A stretch of 64,000 nt of DNA from Eledone cirrhosa (lineage: Eukaryota). Below, one piece after another: positions 53,287 through 64,000 of the stretch. The position numbers and the translations under genes were made by a program. The notes under the pieces are model-generated. The model worked only from the letters and a program-made list of their open reading frames with translations, was not told the DNA's origin and searched no databases. Position 1 is the first letter of the stretch, and every line of letters starts with the position of its first letter. The stretch covers positions 140,554,001 through 140,618,000 of the forward strand of contig OZ024740.1 in the NCBI GenBank assembly GCA_964016885.1. Direction: 5' to 3'.

Positions 53287-54282
53287 AAAAAGTTCAGAGA
53301 GCTTATACCACTATTAGCCGCTAGAGGGTTCTCCCTAAAAATGAAAGGCAGGTTATACGATGCCTGCATACGAACAGCAATGCTGCATGGCAGTGAGACC
53401 TGGGCATTGTGTGCAGAGGATATACGCAGACTAGAGAGGAACGAAGCTTGCATGCTCCGCTGGATGTGCAATAGTAATATACGTGAACGGCAAAGCATAA
53501 ACGAACTAAGGAAAAAATTAGAAATAAGAGGGATCAGATGTTGTTTACTCGAGAGAAGGCTACGTTGGTACGGTCACGTGATGCGCATGAAAGACGACAG
53601 CTGTATAACAAAGTGCAGGGCAATAAAGATAGACGGTAGCCATGGAGTAGGCAGACCCAGAAAAACATGGGACGAGCTGATAAATTCCGACCTCACACGC
53701 TTACACCTCTCCAAGACAATGTCACTGGACCGAGACCTTTGGCGGTACTCAGTAATAGAGAAGACCCGCCTTACCTAAATACAAAGTAAAAACCTACTAC
53801 AGTCAGTAGGCATCTCTATCAAAACACCCCCCCGTCCCACCACCTCCACCCCATCCACACCGCCCCTTTCAATGTAAAGTTATGTTGGTCCCACAACATC
53901 CAGGCCGAAACAAATGAGATCGTGTAGGTGTCACGACAAAAAAACACACAGTCCACGCTGTAAATGTGGCTGTGTAGGTAACACGGTAAAAACCTCCCAG
54001 CCCCACACTGTAAATATGGTTGGTGTTAGGAAGGGCATCCAGCTGTAGAAAACCCGCCAGACAGTCCACGCTGTAATGTGGCCGTGTAGGCAACACGGTA
54101 AAAACCTCCCAGCCCCACACTGTAAATGTGGTTGGTGTTAGGAAGGGCATCCAACTGTAGAAAACCCGCCAGACAGTCCTATGCGAGCAAGACAACCACT
54201 CTTGCCTCAAGTGGGAAAACCCCCGTCCAAACCCATGCAAGCGTGGAACACGGACGCTAAACCTGATGATGATGATGATGAT
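53287..54282 (+). mobile_element. Young 5'-truncated RTE LINE, same family as 17468-18690
   Basis: ORF 53248-53778 is almost identical in protein to the 17870-18649 C-terminus; 3' UTR and (GAT)n tail present. Confidence 0.95.
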
Positions 54283-55753
54283 CATCATTATCATCGTTTT
54301 TACATCCACTTTTTTCAGTGTTGGTATGGGTTGGACAGGTTGTTTTGAGATATTTTACCGTTTTAGTTACCTCTTACAACCTTGCAACAGAAATACACAC
54401 ACACATTTCTAAAAACAGAAATACACACACACACACGCACATATATATATATAACTGAACATATTATTTAATGTGTGAGTATATTATAGGCAATAAAAGC
54501 AATAGTCATGTTAGTGTTAACATATTCAATGCAGTAAGCAATAAAAAGCTAATTATGTGATGAGGAACAGACAATTTTAGTCTGTGTTTAATATATGGTA
54601 TTTGCTGGCCTAATGGATGTCCCCTCATATAAGATGTCGCCTGATTTTGCAAGGACATTTTGAGAAAAAGAGAATTTTAGTACATTTCTTCATAAATTTA
54701 TTAAAAATTATTATTATATTTTTTACATCATTTTGCTTATATAAATTGTATTGTATTACTCTATTAGTAATACTAATAGTAATATAACTTAAATGTTTTT
54801 TAACCATGATTGTCCTCACCCTCTGTTTGGCTTCCCATTGGTGATATGAGTGTCTTGAATGCAGGGAAGATTTTTTAATAAGTTTTTTTTTTTTTTTAAA
54901 GTGTGTCCAATAAGCCAGCAAATACGGTATTATTTTACTAATATTATCTAAATATTTTAATTATTCCAACAATTATTAATACTAATTTTTCATTATCATC
55001 ATGAATAGCATCATTTTTCCATGCTGACTTACTTTGAGTCATCTTTGCACACTTAACAGAAAATTGGCTAATGATTAAATGGTCTCTTTTACCATATATC
55101 TGCTCTTATTCAGAGATCTTGCCTCCTGGACATGGAGTTGTGGCTTGTAGAGTCTACATCTCACATGTTCTATTTTTGGCATATTTTCTAAGGCTGGACG
55201 CCATTTCTAACCCCAATCACTTCATAGAGAGTAATTGGTGCATTTTATCATGCCGTTAGCACTAGAGATATTATCATAAGTGATGAAGACTAAAGAGTCC
55301 CCTCTACTCTGTAGCACTCTCTATTTGGAGTAACCACTCTGCTACACATGCAACATATAATGCAGTTTGTCTTGTCCTTGTCTCACACTTGCATTTTATG
55401 AATACCATAGTTAGAAGAACAAAAAAGGTATCAATAAAAGTGGAGAAAAAATGAAATAAAAATATTAAAATATGAAGGGCTATTAAAATACTGGAAGTAA
55501 GTGTGGATATATATTCAATAAAATATTAGCTATATGGAAATATAGGTTTAAAGTAAGGGCTATAGATCCTATGTCTGCAAAATGAGTCAAATTTTGAATG
55601 TCAATGGATTTTAGGTCGGAGAAAAGAATTTTACATGATTCTGATGTGCAAAGCTGACATGGATTTTTATTATTTCTTCTAAGCTTTTTAGTACTCACTG
55701 CATTAAATATGTTATCATTAACTTAATTTATTTCTTGTAAATTAATTTTCTAC

Positions 55754-55865
55754 CTTAATGACTTTTTTGTATACTGTTCAGCAATATCGGAAGCAAGTGT
55801 TGTTAAAGTTTGTCCAAGGAAAGCATCAAGTTTCTTACAAATCTGAAAGGTCAGTGGTGTGTTAA
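55754..55865 (-). CDS. CCZ1: CCZ1 exon
   Basis: ttttatacag / GTAGAA, 112 nt; VNTPLTFQICKKLDAFLGQTLTTLASDIAEQYTKKSL contains LTxLASDIxEQ. Confidence 0.94.
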
Positions 55866-55959
55866 CTGTATAAAATAATAATAATAATAATAATATGAAT
55901 TTCAAATGCAAGACATTGTAGAAATAAATGAACAAAGAATAAGCACATGAAAACCCTTA

Positions 55960-56465
55960 CTAAAGATGCAGCCTTAAATAATCTTACCTCCAAATGACAA
56001 GAAAAAACATTTTATGGTAAATATTCAGAGAGAGCTAATAATGATGATGTTGACAAAACTCTTACCCATTAGTTGTTAGCATCCTCTGGCTTAAAACTAG
56101 AATTTATCATAGCAGCCCAGGATCAATGCTGACCTATAAGAAGCTATCAGGGCAACATCTTAAAGAATGGCAGCAGCCCAACGTGTTGAGTATGTAAACA
56201 GCCTGAAACAATTGATCCCATTGTCTCCATGTGTAACCTTCTTGCACCCTCAGAGTATCTCAACAGGCATGATAGAGCTGCACAGAATATCCATTGGGTA
56301 ATTTGCAAGGATCTAGACCTACTCCATCATAAAAACTGGTGGGGACACAAACCACCTCCAGTGCTCGAAAAAGATATCTCACTCCTATGGAAGTTCTATG
56401 TTCAAACTGACAGAAAAATAGATGCAAATAGGTCAGACATTATATTGAAAGATGTCAGAATATCA
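55960..56465 (+). mobile_element. R4/Dong-like non-LTR fragment (zinc knuckle plus restriction-like endonuclease)
   Basis: FIIAAQDQ, C..C..ETID.IVSMC, EYLNRHD, IHWVIC, LLW..QTDRKIDANRSDII. Confidence 0.85.
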
Positions 56466-56833
56466 AAATACTTTAAATTGACATTCCAGAAAATTAACAT
56501 TAACCCTTTTATTTCTATATTTCTAATGAAGATTATGATTTTCAAATACATTTTGAAAATAATCATGAATTTAGAGGAATTTTCTCATTATTAAGCTGGT
56601 TTTTGGAACATAACTTAACAAAGGTTCTTACATAAAATTATGATAGAAGGTATTTTAGATGAATATAAATATTTTCAAAAACAGTTTTGTATTGTAAAAC
56701 CAGGGGCAGTTTGGTAACAAAAGAATTAAGATGTTTTTTTTTTAAAATTAAAAATAATTAAATGTTAGAGGGAATGATTTTTAGAAAAAACATTTAAGTT
56801 GTATTTCAATCATAAATTAGATTAATAACTTAC

Positions 56834-56979
56834 CATTAATAAACATGCAAATACTAGCACTGAGTGCTCGATATACAAGCAAATAGCATTCTTCATTTTC
56901 TTCTTCAGTATTCAAATAAACATGAGGCACCTTCCCCATATTACTTTCATCTTTGATATCTGGTGGTCCTGTGATGAAT
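56834..56979 (-). CDS. CCZ1: CCZ1 exon
   Basis: cttccttacag / GTAAGT, 146 nt; FITGPPDIKDESNMGKVPHVYLNTEEENEECYLLVYRALSASICMFIN. Confidence 0.95.
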
Positions 56980-57450
56980 CTGTAAGGAAGAAAATCAAAA
57001 GAATATTATGGAAATGGAGAAGACTTTAGTATGAAATGATTTTGACTGTGGTGGACTTGTCACAACAAACATTGGAAATTGGGCTTTACAAGTCTAAAAA
57101 AAGAAAGGAGTCGATCACCAGATTGGACCAAGGAAACAATGTTTCCATTAGTATTTTTATTATTGAAACTATCTGCTGGTCGCAACTCCTAGCAGAAGAA
57201 GGCAGGATTTGAACTCAGAATGCACATCCTGTTCAATTCTTTAACAATTTTGTCAGTTCAGTACCCCTGGATTGATAATTTATTTATTAATCCCAAAAGT
57301 ATGAGAGACAAAGTTAGCCTTGGTAGTGTTTGAACTCAGAGTGCAGTGAGCCAGAACAAATACTGTGGCATTTAATGCAAAGTCCTAACAACTCTGCCAA
57401 TCCAAGCCTAAACAACAGCAAGAACTGGAGAAACAAATCTGGAAACTTAC

Positions 57451-57603
57451 CTTCCATAATGTATCTGTGAGCTTGCAGTTACCCCAGAGAGTTTGACTGG
57501 AGAGATGTTTTCTGACATTAAGTTCTGCTCCAAGAAACTGGGAAAAAGACCTGTGATTAGGTAACGGTACATGATTCTCATGTCATCTTGTTGAAGGCCA
57601 CTC
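57451..57603 (-). CDS. CCZ1: CCZ1 exon
   Basis: ttttcattcag / GTAAGT, 153 nt; SGLQQDDMRIMYRYLITGLFPSFLEQNLMSENISPVKLSGVTASSQIHYGR. Confidence 0.96.
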
Positions 57604-58299
57604 CTGAATGAAAAGAATGAAAAATGAAATGAAATTTACAGCTCACATCTATGTAGGTTTAGCTGTCATCCTCTGAGGCTACAGCTCATACAAGGTTTCT
57701 CAAGTGCTTTAATGATAAGAGCCCCACTTCTATCAAGGGAATGAAAAGAAAATGAAAATGAAATGAAATTCACATCTTGTAGGTTTAGATGGTGTTCTAT
57801 GAGGTTGCATCTCAGAAGTTTCTTGAGTGTTCTGATGATAGGGGTTGCAGTCCTGTCATGTAAAGCAACATGAAATGAAGCGTCTTGCTCAAGAACACAA
57901 TGTGCCTCCTGAACCAGGAATCAAACCTATAACCATATCGAACTCCAACACTCTAACCTTTAAGCCATGCACTTTCATGGATAAATGATACTATATTGGT
58001 CAAGTTGTGTAATTATAAAAAGTAACTGAAAGAAAAAGTGTTCCCGAAACCTGAAACTTCTGTAAAGATTTAGCTAGAAATATCTAAAAACAGCTTTGTT
58101 AATTCAATTGCTTATAGTATTCTTAATAGTAGACAGATTGTTGCAAAACCAATCAAATACTGGGATTTCCTTTTTAATGTGGTTCAGTCATAGCAATGTA
58201 GAAAACAGTAAAAGTCTTGTTAATGTGGTTTCATGTGATACAGGCTGTTAAGAGTTAACTAGTGAACTAAAATTTAGAATTGGAAAAATGAACTCTTAC

Positions 58300-58475
58300 C
58301 ACACCAATTGGTCGTTGTAGAGGAATGCAGTGTATTTGATTTCTGGGAATTGGGCTTCCACTTGGTTTATGAAACATTTCATACGGAGGTAGGTGTTCTT
58401 ATTCAGAGGCAGAAAATGGATTCCATCAAAAACATCAAGGATGTCACTTTGACATAGTTTTAACGTAAGTAAATA
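58300..58475 (-). CDS. CCZ1: CCZ1 exon
   Basis: ttttgttttgtag / GTAAGA, 176 nt; YLLTLKLCQSDILDVFDGIHFLPLNKNTYLRMKCFINQVEAQFPEIKYTAFLYNDQLVW. Confidence 0.96.
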
Positions 58476-59504
58476 CTACAAAACAAAACAGAAGAGAAAG
58501 GTTGACATTTTTAGACTATGATGTGCTTTTTTCAGGTTTCTATGTTTACCACTATACTATTTTGATGTTACAAAAGGCAGTGGCTTGGCAGAATCATTAG
58601 AGCATCAGACAAAATGCTTTACAGCATATGTTTTGGCTCCTTACATTCTGAGTTCAAATCTCAAGTTTGCCTTCATCCTTCCAGGATCAATAAAATAGAT
58701 TACCAGCCAAGTACTTGACTTTCCTCTCCTCCCAATTTGCTGGCCTTCTGCCTCAATTAGAAATTATTATTTCGATGCTATAGTTTGTACATGCACAGCT
58801 TTCTTCAGTCTTCCCTAAGGTTGCATCTCATATGAGATTTCTTGGGTGTTTAATAATAGGGATCACAGTTGTATCATGTTATAAAAACATACAGTGAAGG
58901 CAACTCATCTGATGCTCTAATCCCACCAACCTACTGACTTAGACTGGTTTTCTATTTATTGATCCCAGAAAGAATAATGTATATGTGGTTGACACTAGGA
59001 AGGGCATCCAGCCGTAGAAACCAAGCCAAAATCAGTTTTGTGTGAGCAAAACACACTCCCCCAATGTTTCTCTTAGCGCATGAGAAGCCTTCGGATGCTT
59101 AGCGACTTGTCTCGGATAGTTAAGATGTTTGATATTAGTCTTATGCTATGAACTATAGACAGGATATTTTTTGTGAGTATCATTAATTCTTCTGAATTGA
59201 TTTTGCTAACGTCTTCCATTCATGAATATATATATATATATATATGCGGAAAATGGATGTTAAACGATGATGATGATGATGATATATCATCATCATTATC
59301 ATCATCATCATACATATACAAAGGTAGAGGATAGATTGGAACTCAGAAATCTTATGTGTAATGTATAGTTTCAATGTTCTTAACCACTATGATGCCCTAT
59401 CTTTGTAGACATGTAAAAGGATTAGTGGTGTTTATGATGGTGAGTAGAAAATAAAACGATAGGTGTGAAAATAAAGACAGGAGTAAATACAAAGTGATAT
59501 TCAC

Positions 59505-59594
59505 CCTTGCAAAGAAGTATTCTAATCTCTGCTGTAATGCTACCACAGACTGTTTTGAGCGTTGAAGGATGTTCATGAAGCTTCCATTGAACAG
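59505..59594 (-). CDS. CCZ1: CCZ1 exon
   Basis: tttttcag / GTGAAT, 90 nt; LFNGSFMNILQRSKQSVVALQQRLEYFFAR. Confidence 0.94.
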
Positions 59595-59699
59595 CTGAAA
59601 AACAACATTTACAATTACATACAACAAATGTTTTAAGGCCATTAAGATTTTTTTTTTATTTGCTAGGTCTGGAGATAGGGGATGTGTCCATGCCTTTTG

Positions 59700-60100
59700 C
59701 AATTGATGCTGTTGTTATTCAATTTGAATTGTTGCAGGTTGACTCCTGCAGAGACAATGATCTTGGGAAGAAGGACAGGGTGTAATGGTTAGTGCAGAGC
59801 TTGTGGGCAAATGGACACTATATTGGTAATGAGAAGCTGGAGTGCCTGAGTGGAGATGGCATGAAGTAAACCAAATCTGAGGAACAAAGTAGTGATAGAA
59901 ATGGTAGAAAGAGGAGACAGAATATCTGTGGGCTTGAGGTTGGATCATGTTTGTCAGTTACTTAGCCTGTTTCTAGATGCATCAAGCATGTTTGTATGTG
60001 TAGCTGCAGCACCGTCCAAGATGTGGGAGCAGTACTCCATAGTGAGTTTACTTGAACTTTGAAGCAGGTTGGATTAGCTTTGCAGGCCCTATGATAGACT
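59700..60100 (-). mobile_element. CR1/L2/Jockey-group LINE 3' fragment
   Basis: MEYCSHILDGAAATHTNMLDA-type thumb-region remnant. Confidence 0.55.
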
Positions 60101-61616
60101 TCTTACATATCATAGGGTCTCTTTTGAAGTAATGTTTTACAGCCAGATGTCCTTCCTGGCACCAAACCTTTTAGTTCCTTTTTACAACATGCAGGGATAC
60201 AATACAGCAATTCTAAATTGCATACACATAGAGAACAGTTACAGGTAATGTTTATCATCACCGCCACCTTCCACATCATTATAATTGCCTTCATCCTCAT
60301 TGTCATTACTGTTGCTGACCTTGTCACCATCAAACAACAAACAGTCATTACATTATTGGGTTAACCTTTTTGTTGTGATCTTCAAATAATTTCCAAAATA
60401 ATCAAGAATTTGAATGGGTTTAGTAATGTAACAAAATTTCTCATTATTTATCATGTGATTAGAGCATAACCTAACAAAGTTCTTACATAGAATTATGATG
60501 CAAAGTTTTTAGATAACTATAAACAGCTTTGTATTGTAGAACCAAGGGTGGTGCCAGGTAGTTTTCTATCAAAAGGATAAAGTATTCAGTTTTATGTTGT
60601 TTTATGTTCACAGTATTTGTTGTATTGACATGATGAATTGAATATGTATGTTGCTGATTTTTTTTTGTTTTTACAACTTAGTAAGCAAGGGAAAGACAAC
60701 AATCATAAACCTTTATTTTTCCAGGGCCTTTGAGACTAGTAGGAGGAAGTTCTTCTTAAACCAAAGATCTAGCCTGAAAGCTTGCAACAGACTGGACTTC
60801 ACTAAAGGCTCCCAAGGACTGGGTGGTATGTTAGACTGGCTGACAGATAAGTCTACCAATGAAGACTTCAGAAAAGAGAGATCTGGAACAAATACTACAT
60901 GGCATCTTGTCCAACACTAACAATTCTGTCACTCTAGCAAATTAAACTGGTACTTCATTTTATCAACCCTAGAAGGATTGGGCATGTTGTCACAGATTGA
61001 TAAGGGTTGGATATGTCATCACAGACGAGTCAGTACTCAAATGGAGCATCTGACCTCCAGATTGGCCAGGGGCCCGACATATGGAACCAACACTAGGGAA
61101 GTTGTCATGTCTTTGGCATAGCTAGAGTCTTACCAACCCTTTATTTGGCAGGCTTTCTATGGCTGGAATCCCTATCATCAATCACTTTATAGAGTGTACT
61201 GGGTGCTCTAATCATATAAATCAGCAACAGTAGGGAGGTTGTCATGTTTATGGCACAGCTGAAAAGTGTTCGTGACCCTTTGTTTGGCAAGGAAAGGTTG
61301 TTATGCCTTTGATACAAGAGTTCTTTCAACTCTTTCAGCATGGTTTCTACAGCAGGGTACCCTTCCTATCCCCAACCATCTTAGAGTGTGCATTTATTAT
61401 GGTACTGTCACTAGAGAGGTTGTCATTGACTCAGCTGAAATGTTCTCTCTACCCTACGAATGAGGGTGAAATGTTGCCAAGGTGAGGAGTTAATTCCTTG
61501 CCATCATGACAATTTGCTAGTGATTATAAACTAAATAAATAAAAGATCAATATCTATGAGTCCTTTGAGAATTGTATAGTAATATAATGAATGGATGAAT
61601 GACTCAGTGAACATAC

Positions 61617-61739
61617 CTTAAACATTCGGTAAGCTTGTTTTAAAACACAATCATATACCAGATCTTGGACATCTTCATCTTGATAGTCAATAAAGGACTG
61701 CCCATCCTTTATTTTTTCACTTGAAGGTATTGTAATGGT
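61617..61739 (-). CDS. CCZ1: CCZ1 exon
   Basis: ttacttctag / GTATGT, 123 nt, phase 0/0; TITIPSSEKIKDGQSFIDYQDEDVQDLVYDCVLKQAYRMFK. Confidence 0.93.
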
Positions 61740-61897
61740 CTAGAAGTAATATACACAAATAAATATAAAACATTGTAGAAATGTTTGTAATAATATGTTT
61801 GTGTGTGTATGTGTGTATATATGTATATATATATATATAAAATCCCAACTGTGGTGCCAAGTGGTTTCGGCTTGTGTAAGCTGAAACCATTTGGTGC

Positions 61898-61943
<46 letters not shown>

Positions 61944-61984
61944 AAAAGTAAATGGAAAACAACAAAGTAAACAATACAGTCATT

Positions 61985-62800
61985 CATTCATTTTTCGACT
62001 GCAGTTGTGATTGACTTCACAACGGCCACCCCGAAGTCTTCATGATCAATCCCTGAGTCTCTAGATATGCTGTAAGGATAAGTAAATTTATAGGATTTGT
62101 AATCTACCAGCTCCAGTTTCCAGGGGTTAAAGAGTGACATTACATCATTGGCTGCTCTATGGCAGTGACCAGCAAATTGCACTGCTTTAACAATCTATGA
62201 AACTCTTGGAAGTTCACCATAGATTTGCTGGAACATTGGGTGTCCCCTCTAGGATAGATTTTTAACACAAATTAATAGTTGTGTGTATGTCCAGTCAAGA
62301 TGCTTTTGTTACCTTGATGTCAAGGTCCAGGTTTCAAAATTATAAAATAAAATTGGTTCACTCATTGTTTTGAAGATTTGATGATTTTATCATCAAGGTT
62401 TGATGTCCAGATTCTATTTAAGTCATTACAAGCCACCCAGGCCATACCTTATCTTGTTTTAAAGTCTTTCTCCAAGTTAAAGGGGAAAGAACGAAGATAC
62501 CTATAGACAATTTTATATTCTTTATTATTTCATGTCTTAATTGTGGAAGATGGATCAATAGTTTGGCAACAACTCATGTATTCAGTTTTTGTCTTGTTCA
62601 GCATTTCAGATGTTAGTCCTTCATCAAAAGATAGAATGAGAAATAAAATAGACAGACAGAGGCAATCAATAACAGCTAAATATCTTTTGGAAATATTCAA
62701 AATGGTGGAGAGGATTGTATGGTGTTATGACCTGTCACATAATTTGGTGTGGATGAATGTAGACTGTGTAGAAGAAAATGGTAGTTTAATAATTTTCTTA
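61985..62800 (-). mobile_element. Decayed RTE-group LINE fragment
   Basis: NKTKTEYM, GMAWVACNDLNRIWTSNL, IYGELP, QFAGHCHRA remnants. Confidence 0.75.
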
Positions 62801-63435
62801 GTGTGGTGAGAGTAAGAAGTGTCAAAACTAGATAGGTCAGCTTATCAAATTGTGAGTTGAAATTATTTTATTGGGGAGAATGGGTTGCCAAATACCAGGT
62901 ACCAGCTCTGGCTTGAATGTGTGTGTGTATACAACAGCCACTCTTTCTAGGATAGGGATTTGTACTCCTGTGTTGGTGCACCTATACTTTGTACAGATCT
63001 GACAAGAAGGCCTCAAAAACAAGAATCCTACTAAAATTCTATGATGATCACACAAAGATTACAAAAAAAAAAAAATCATCATAGTCAGAGGTGTGAATTT
63101 GTTTAGGGAGTTCACTTTGCAACCATATCCATTCTACTATAGTCTTGGGTTAACCAATGCCTTGTGAATGGAATTTGGTAGACAGAAACTACAGAAGCCT
63201 GCCATATGTGTGTGTCCATGTCTATGTTTACATCTGTGTCTGTATTTATGATCCATAACTTAGAAGTTAAACAAAAAAGAAATCAATAAAATAAGTAAGT
63301 ACTAGACTTTGAAAAAATATACTGTGGTCAATATTTTTGAATAAATGAACACAGTTTAATGACTGAAACTAGTAAGACAAGGAATATAAAAATAATTAAC
63401 AAAAATGGAAAAAAAACATAAATTGTTAACATTAC

Positions 63436-63526
63436 CACAACCATCCAGAAATTTTCTTCAGGTTCATGAAATATTTGCCGATGTTTTTGAGTATGTAAAC
63501 TTTTACAGGGTTTGTCTGTAAATGTT
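63436..63526 (-). CDS. CCZ1: Vacuolar fusion protein CCZ1, first exon inside the window (5' exons lie beyond 64000)
   Basis: cctttcag / GTAATG; TFTDKPCKSLHTQKHRQIFHEPEENFWMVV matches CCZ1 KSLHTQKxRQ and EPEENFWMV. Confidence 0.95.
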
Positions 63527-64000
63527 CTGAAAGGATTAAGAAAGTAAATCTGAATTAAAAACAAAAATAGGTTATAAAATTTTAGATGAATATTGGTTGG
63601 AATGTCTTAACCTTTTTATGATCATATTTCTAATGAAAGACACTGCATAGGATTTTCAAGTAATTTGGAAAATAATCAAGTATTTAGAAGGATTTAGTAA
63701 TATAACTGTTTTATTAAGCTGGTGTTTGGAACATAATTTAACAAAGTTTCTTACATAGAATTATCATGGAAGGTTTTTAGATAAAAATAAACACTTGTAT
63801 CGTAGAACCAAGGTCAGTTTTAGATGGTTTGATATCAAAGGTTTAAAGTATTGAGTTCTATGTTTTGAGTTCAAATCTAGATGAAGTTAACTTTACTTTT
63901 GCAACCCTATGATAAAACTTACATACACTGAAAAGTGTTGTAGTTTGTAGAAGTAATGCAGGATATATAAAAACAAAACAAAGTGATGTAGAAAGTCAAA

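Noticed and set aside
54820-54860. Possible extra CCZ1 exon with a GTGAGG donor
   Set aside because: The flanking exons already join in phase and match CCZ1 with no gap; this segment would shift the frame.

Overview
Eukaryotic, AT-rich, repeat-dense animal DNA. The SINE and RTE repertoire resembles that of octopod cephalopods (recognised from memory, not verified). The ORF track is mostly noise, because the real genes are split into short GT-AG exons. Two conserved spliced genes were rebuilt by hand and both run off the window edges. On the + strand are the last five coding exons of a TspanC8-type tetraspanin (9416-14982), plus a duplicated alternative last exon at 19848-19883. On the - strand are ten coding exons of CCZ1 (63526 down to 49509), all in phase through to the stop codon. 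A weakly supported third gene may lie on the - strand between them, starting near 38.6 kb. The rest is transposon-derived: many RTE LINEs (two young copies), a GC-rich CRE-clade retrotransposon, fragments of R4/Dong, Penelope and CR1/L2-type elements, a Merlin transposase fossil, a young non-autonomous Helitron, piggyBac- and hAT-type MITEs (some nested), tRNA-derived SINE arrays and microsatellites. The most notable observations are the duplicated tetraspanin tail exon, PHD fingers in two unrelated retrotransposon clades, a near-perfect 124-nt hairpin, and inverted SINEs bracketing two CCZ1 exons. No CRISPR array, rRNA or true tRNA gene was found.
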